Both the position numbers and the translations under genes were made by a program. From a virus (lineage: Duplodnaviria > Heunggongvirae > Uroviricota > Caudoviricetes), in the IMG/VR virus record IMGVR_UViG_2648501338_000003: a stretch of DNA of 10,977 nt. One strand, given 5' to 3'. The notes under the pieces are model-generated. The model saw only the letters and a program-made list of their open reading frames with translations, was not told the origin of the DNA and ran no database searches. Of this stretch, positions 7,447-10,977 are shown piece by piece. Within the stretch, counting starts at the first letter, position 1, and each line of letters starts with the position of its first letter.

Positions 7447-7460
7447 CACAGGGGGCTGAT

Positions 7461-7835
7461 ATGGCAACGAAAGAGCAAAATCTGAAACGGCTTGATGAAC
7501 TGGCCCTGATTCTGGGGCGTGAGCCGGATATATCCGGGAGTGCCGCAGAGATAGCGCAGCGGGTGGCGGAATGGGAAGAGGAAATACAGTCATCCGGCGA
7601 GGATGTTCAGGTTGGGGATACGGTGATCCGGGAGCGGGAAACCGCGGCTCATGATGTTCGTGAGGATACATCCGGTGCGTTAACGCGCATCAGAGTTCTG
7701 ACCTGCCTCCATCTCTGTGGCATTGATGGTGAAACAGGGGAATCCGTTGAGATTGCGGATGTTGGTCGGGTGATTCTGATTATGTCCTCAGATGCAAAAA
7801 CACACGTTGATGGCGGAATGGCTGTTTATGCGTGA
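7461..7835 (+). CDS. FI: DNA-packaging / head-assembly protein FI-like
   Basis: Sits between E and FII where lambda has FI, with similar size (125 aa from the ATG at 7461) and an acidic central region; sequence similarity to lambda FI is weak. The ORF track starts at GTG 7413, but that lies inside the hairpin, so the ATG at 7461 (MATKEQNLKRL) is preferred. Confidence 0.65.
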   Translation: MATKEQNLKRLDELALILGREPDISGSAAEIAQRVAEWEEEIQSSGEDVQVGDTVIRERETAAHDVREDTSGALTRIRVLTCLHLCGIDGETGESVEIADVGRVILIMSSDAKTHVDGGMAVYA

Positions 7836-8181
7836 TTTTCAGAATGCCTTTGATGCTGCCCTTGCCGGGGTGGACAGTACGATTGTTGAAGTGATGGGGC
7901 TCTGTGCACAGTTCACCTCGGGGGCACAGTGTGGCAGAGAAGTTCAGGGGGTTTTTGACGATCCGGAGTCGCTGGGATTTGCCGGTAGCGGGGTCCGTAT
8001 TGAAGGAAGCAGCCCGTCATTATTTGTACGGACGGATACGGTTCGTGCTGTGCGGCGTGGTGACACGCTGACCATTAATGGTGAGACATTCTGGGTGGAT
8101 CGTGTTTCTCCGGATGACGGGGGCAGCTGTTATCTCTGGCTCAACCGTGGGCAACCACCCGCAGTTAACCGGCGACGATAA
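7828..8181 (+). CDS. FII: head-tail connector protein FII
   Basis: Strong similarity to lambda gpFII (FDAALAG, GVFDDPES, GSGVRIEGSSPSLFVRTD, RRGDTLTI, FWVDRVSPDDGGSCYLWL, RGQPPAVNRRR). Start at ATG 7828 (MRDFQNAFDAA) is chosen by alignment to the lambda N-terminus MADFDNLFDAA; it overlaps the FI stop. Confidence 0.9.
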   Translation: MRDFQNAFDAALAGVDSTIVEVMGLCAQFTSGAQCGREVQGVFDDPESLGFAGSGVRIEGSSPSLFVRTDTVRAVRRGDTLTINGETFWVDRVSPDDGGSCYLWLNRGQPPAVNRRR

Positions 8182-8196
8182 ACGCAGGGTGAAATT

Positions 8197-8730
8197 ATGG
8201 CGATAAAAGGGCTTGAGCAGGCGATTGACAATCTGAGCCGGGTTCGTAAAAACGCCATTCCGGCGGCTTCAGCAATGACCATTAACCGCGTGGCCACAAC
8301 GGCGATTAATCAGTCTTCATCACAGGTTGCCCGGGAAACAAAGGTGAGACGGAAACTGGTTAAGGAACGGTCCAGACTGAAACGGGCCACGGTCAGAAAT
8401 CCGAATGCCAGAATTATCGTTAACCGCGGTGATCTCCCGGTGATTAAGCTGGGGATCAGGATGCCGGGGCGTCGCCCGGACAGCATACTCAAAGCCGGTC
8501 AGCATCGGTATCAGCGGGCATTTATTCAGCGATTAAAAAATGGTCGCTGGCATGTCATGCAGCGTGTGGCCGGGAAAAACCGTTACCCCATTGATGTGGT
8601 GAAAATCCCGATGGCGGCCCCACTGAAACAGGCGTTTGATGAGAATGTTGACCGTATCCGGCGTGAACGACTGCCCAAAGAACTGGCATACGCGCTGAAA
8701 CAACAACTGAGGATTGCAATAAAACGATGA
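8197..8730 (+). CDS. Z: tail completion protein Z
   Basis: 177 aa, similar to lambda gpZ (KGLEQAI, QVARETKVRRKLVKERSRLKRATV, RGDLPVIKLG, FIQRLKNGRWHVMQRVAGKNRYPIDVVKIPMA, RIRRERLPKEL). Confidence 0.92.
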   Translation: MAIKGLEQAIDNLSRVRKNAIPAASAMTINRVATTAINQSSSQVARETKVRRKLVKERSRLKRATVRNPNARIIVNRGDLPVIKLGIRMPGRRPDSILKAGQHRYQRAFIQRLKNGRWHVMQRVAGKNRYPIDVVKIPMAAPLKQAFDENVDRIRRERLPKELAYALKQQLRIAIKR

Positions 8731-9122
8731 AACACACTGACATCCGTGCCGCAGTGCTGGATGCACTCGAGCAGCATGAACACGGGGCGACGCTGTTTGA
8801 TGGTCGCCCCGTTGTTTTTGACGAAGAGGATTTTCCCGCGATCGCGGTTTATCTGACGGATGCAGAGTATACCGGTGAAGAGCTGGATGCAGATACCTGG
8901 CGGGCCACACTGCATATTGAGGTGTTTTTACCAGCACAGGTACCGGATTCAGAGCTGGATCAGTGGATGGAAAGCCGGATTTACCCGGCGATGACCGCGA
9001 TCCCGGCACTGGCAGAACTGATTACCACGATGGTTACGCAGGGCTATGAGTATCGTCGTGATGACGATATGGCGTTATGGAGTTCTGCAGATCTGACTTA
9101 TTCCATTACATACGAGATGTGA
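8727..9122 (+). CDS. U: tail terminator protein U
   Basis: 131 aa (same as lambda gpU) and near-collinear with it ([80 protein letters not shown]). ATGA overlap with the Z stop. Confidence 0.95.
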   Translation: MKHTDIRAAVLDALEQHEHGATLFDGRPVVFDEEDFPAIAVYLTDAEYTGEELDADTWRATLHIEVFLPAQVPDSELDQWMESRIYPAMTAIPALAELITTMVTQGYEYRRDDDMALWSSADLTYSITYEM

Positions 9123-9129
9123 GGACGAT

Positions 9130-9882
9130 ATGGCAACACCAAATCCCCTTGAGCCGGTAAAAGGTGCCGGTACCACCCTGTGGGCTTACAACGGCAAGGG
9201 TGACGCCTATGCAAACCCGTTGTCAGACGATGACTGGCAGCGACTGGCTAAGGTGAAGGATCTGACGCCGGGCGAGATGACGGCAGAACCCTACGATGAT
9301 AACTACCTGGATGATGAAGACGCGGACTGGACCGCGACCGGGCAGGGGCAGAAATCTGCAGGAGATACCAGTTTTACGCTGGCCTGGAAACCGGGAGAAG
9401 AAGGCCAGAAAGGGCTTATAGGCTGGTTTGAAAGCGGGGATGTGCGGGCCTATAAAATCCGTTTTCCGAACGGCACGGTGGATGTGTTTCGTGGCTGGGT
9501 CAGCAGTATCGGTAAGGCCGTGACGGCGAAAGAAGTGATCACCCGCACGGTGAAAGTCACCAACGTGGGCAAACCTTCTGTAGCGGAAGAACGCAGCAAA
9601 ATTACGCCGGTCACTGCGATTAAGGTGACGCCGACATCCGGTACGGTGGCAAAAGGGAAAACAACCACCCTGACGGTTTCTTTTGAGCCGGAAAGTGCAA
9701 CAGACAAGACGTTCAGAGCGGTTTCCGCCGATCCGTCGAAAGCCACCATTAGTGTGAAAGATATGACAATTACGGTAAACGGCGTGGCGACAGGTAAGGT
9801 GCAGATCCCTGTGGTGAGCGGAAATGGTCAGTTCGCCGCAGTGGCTGAAGTCACCGTTACTGAAGCGGGCGCTGCAGGGTAA
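9130..9882 (+). CDS. V: major tail protein V with C-terminal Ig-like (Big_2-type) domain
   Basis: 250 aa, with strong similarity to lambda gpV ([131 protein letters not shown]). Confidence 0.95.
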   Translation: MATPNPLEPVKGAGTTLWAYNGKGDAYANPLSDDDWQRLAKVKDLTPGEMTAEPYDDNYLDDEDADWTATGQGQKSAGDTSFTLAWKPGEEGQKGLIGWFESGDVRAYKIRFPNGTVDVFRGWVSSIGKAVTAKEVITRTVKVTNVGKPSVAEERSKITPVTAIKVTPTSGTVAKGKTTTLTVSFEPESATDKTFRAVSADPSKATISVKDMTITVNGVATGKVQIPVVSGNGQFAAVAEVTVTEAGAAG

Positions 9883-9895
9883 ACGGAGGTAATAC

Positions 9896-10328
9896 ATGTT
9901 TCTGAAAACAGAACAATTTGAATATAACGGTGTGTCCGTCACGCTTTCCGAATTGTCTGCGCTGCAGCGTATCGAGCATCTTGCCCTCCTGAAACGGCGT
10001 GCAGAACAGGCAGAATCCAGCGGCAACCTGCAGGTAAGCGTGGAAGATCTCGTCAGAACCGGCGCGTTTCTGGTGGCGATGTCCCTGTGGCATAACCATC
10101 CACAGAAAACGGCAGTCACCGTCAATGAATGAGGCCGTGATGAAGATAGAACAGGAAGTGCTCACCACCTGGCCTGCCGATGCCATTGCCCGGGCGGAAG
10201 ACGTGGTGTTGCGCCTGTCCGGGATGAGCGAAGCTGTTCATCCGGATACTGACAGCACCGAAGTGGCGAAAAATAACACGCTGACTGATGATGATTTTTC
10301 TGCGGGAAAGTCTTCGACGGCGAGCTGA
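9896..10328 (+). pseudogene. G: tail assembly chaperone G, interrupted by a +1 frame break near 10110-10125 (fragments 9896-10132 and 10125-10328)
   Basis: ORF 9896-10132 (MFLKTEQFEYNGVSVTLSELSALQRIEHLALLKR...WHNHPQKT) matches the N-terminal part of lambda gpG. ORF 10125-10328 (MNEAVMKIEQEVLTTWPADAIARAEDVVLRLSGM...AGKSSTAS) matches the C-terminal part but is in a different frame. The homologous reading resumes one nucleotide out of frame, consistent with a single extra base near 10112. Confidence 0.6.
10304..10310 (+). other. -1 programmed ribosomal frameshift slippery heptamer G GGA AAG (G to G-T fusion)
   Basis: GGGAAAG at 10304-10310 is positioned as G|GGA|AAG in the G reading frame, 6 codons before the G stop. 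The -1 frame is open from here to 10813. This is the same heptamer and position as the lambda G-T frameshift. Confidence 0.8.
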
Positions 10329-10813
10329 ACTTTACCCTCAGACTGGCGCGTGAGATGGGGAGACCCGACTGGCGCGCCATGCTTGCCGGGATGACATCCA
10401 CCGAATATGCCGACTGGCGCGCCATGCTTGCCGGGATGACATCCACCGAATATGCCGACTGGCGACATTTTTACCGCACGCATTATTTTCACGATACCCA
10501 ACTGGATATGCATTTTTCCGGGCTGACGTACGCCGTACTCAGCCTGTTTTTTTGCGATCCGGATATGCATCCCTCTGATTTCAGTCTGCTTGCCCCCCGG
10601 CATGAGGAAGAGCAGACGGAGAGGCCGGATGAGGAAAAAATGCTGATGCAGAAAGCGGCAGGACTTGCCGGAGGCGTCCGGTTCGGTGGGGACGGAGGGC
10701 GCGATATTTTATCGTCTGCGGATGTGGCGGATGTCATGGTGGATGATGCCGCATTAATGATGGCTTCAGCGGGGATTCCGGGAGGTGTGAGATATGTCCC
10801 AGCCGGTTGGTGA
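10304..10813 (+). CDS. T: T segment of the G-T tail assembly fusion protein (no independent start; reached by -1 frameshift from G)
   Basis: The -1 frame from the slippery site reads GKVFDGELNFTLRLAREMGRPDWRAMLAGM...HYFHD...LDMHFSGLTY...LSLFF.DPDMHP.DFSLL...LMQKAAGLAGGVRFG...GGVRY, matching lambda gpT as I recall it. It ends at TGA 10811-10813, overlapping the H start. Confidence 0.75.
   Translation, partial: GKVFDGELNFTLRLAREMGRPDWRAMLAGMTSTEYADWRAMLAGMTSTEYADWRHFYRTHYFHDTQLDMHFSGLTYAVLSLFFCDPDMHPSDFSLLAPRHEEEQTERPDEEKMLMQKAAGLAGGVRFGGDGGRDILSSADVADVMVDDAALMMASAGIPGGVRYVPAGW
10367..10456 (+). repeat. perfect 45-bp tandem duplication (2 x gactggcgcgccatgcttgccgggatgacatccaccgaatatgcc), encoding DWRAMLAGMTSTEYA twice in the T frame
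   Basis: Copies at 10367-10411 and 10412-10456 are 100 percent identical. Each copy and the downstream flank (10457-10464) begin with the same 8-bp gactggcg. The duplication is in frame (15 aa) in the T reading frame. Confidence 0.9.
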
Positions 10814-10977
10814 TCTTGTTATTGACCTGAGTCTGGATGCGGTCCGTTTCGATGAGCAGATGAGCCGGGTAAGGCGTCATTTTTCAGGTCTGGATACCGA
10901 CGTCAGAAAAACCGCCAGTGCTGTTGAACAGGGCCTGAGCCGCCAGGCGCTGGCTGCACAAAAAGCCGGGATTTCCG
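10794..10977 (+). CDS. H: tail tape-measure protein H, N-terminal fragment (continues beyond the window)
   Basis: The ATG at 10794 is preceded by GGAGGTG at 10781-10787. The translation MSQPVGDLVIDLSLDAVRFDEQMSRVRRHFSG...LSRQALAAQKAGIS matches the lambda gpH N-terminus (MAEPVGDLVVDLSLDAARFDEQMARVRRHFSG). It is absent from the ORF track because it runs off the window end. Confidence 0.88.
   Translation, partial: MSQPVGDLVIDLSLDAVRFDEQMSRVRRHFSGLDTDVRKTASAVEQGLSRQALAAQKAGIS

Noticed and set aside
7413-7460. GTG 7413 as the FI start (as in the ORF track)
   Set aside because: This stretch holds the terminator-like hairpin and T-run. The ATG at 7461, preceded by a purine-rich stretch, is the more plausible start.
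7792-7827. ATG 7792 or 7810 as the FII start
   Set aside because: Alignment with lambda FII places the N-terminus at MRDFQNAFDAA (ATG 7828); the earlier ATGs lie within the FI coding sequence.
9223-10125. 300-aa ORF on the minus strand
   Set aside because: Antisense to the major tail gene V and to G. Cys/Arg-rich and low-complexity; a shadow of strongly conserved plus-strand genes.
10162-10603. Minus-strand ORFs (94 and 121 aa) containing duplicated peptide segments
   Set aside because: The internal peptide repeats are just the reverse-strand reflection of the 45-bp tandem duplication in the T frame; there is no independent evidence of coding.
1-10977. Inserted accessory, moron or defence genes (the exciting undescribed system the prompt raised)
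   Set aside because: Gene order is uninterrupted and canonical (Nu1-A-W-B-C-D-E-FI-FII-Z-U-V-G-T-H), with no intergenic space for extra genes. No plus- or minus-strand ORF lacks a lambda counterpart except shadow ORFs.
1-10977. Chi sites (GCTGGTGG) or CRISPR-like repeats
   Set aside because: Visual scanning found only near-matches (for example tctggtgg, actggtgg) and no exact Chi octamer; I cannot exclude having missed one without a computational search. No spaced direct-repeat arrays were seen apart from the cosB repeats and the 45-bp duplication.

Overview
This window is the left (morphogenetic) arm of a lambda-like (lambdoid) siphovirus or prophage from an enterobacterial host, running from the cohesive-end site (cos) to the start of the tape-measure gene. 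All genes are on the + strand in canonical lambda order: cosQ/cosN/cosB, Nu1 (small terminase), A (large terminase), W, B (portal), C (protease) with a nested Nu3-like scaffold, D, E (major capsid), FI, FII, Z, U, V (major tail), G and G-T (tail assembly chaperone), and the 5-prime end of H. Homology calls rest on comparing the supplied ORF translations with lambda protein sequences recalled from memory; no database search was run. I found no inserted accessory, defence or moron genes: intergenic gaps are 50 bp or less apart from the cos region, and the long minus-strand ORFs are shadows of the plus-strand genes. So I do not see a novel multi-gene system here. The points worth a second look are: (1) a cosN/cosQ segment that appears lambda-identical joined to a non-lambda cosB carrying three copies of an 11-bp repeat; (2) a triplicated roughly 50-aa motif in the scaffold region of C; (3) a +1 frame break that splits gene G; (4) a perfect 45-bp tandem duplication in the T frame just downstream of the conserved G GGA AAG slippery site; (5) a perfect 22-bp palindrome between D and E; and (6) two mutually exclusive hairpins between E and FI.
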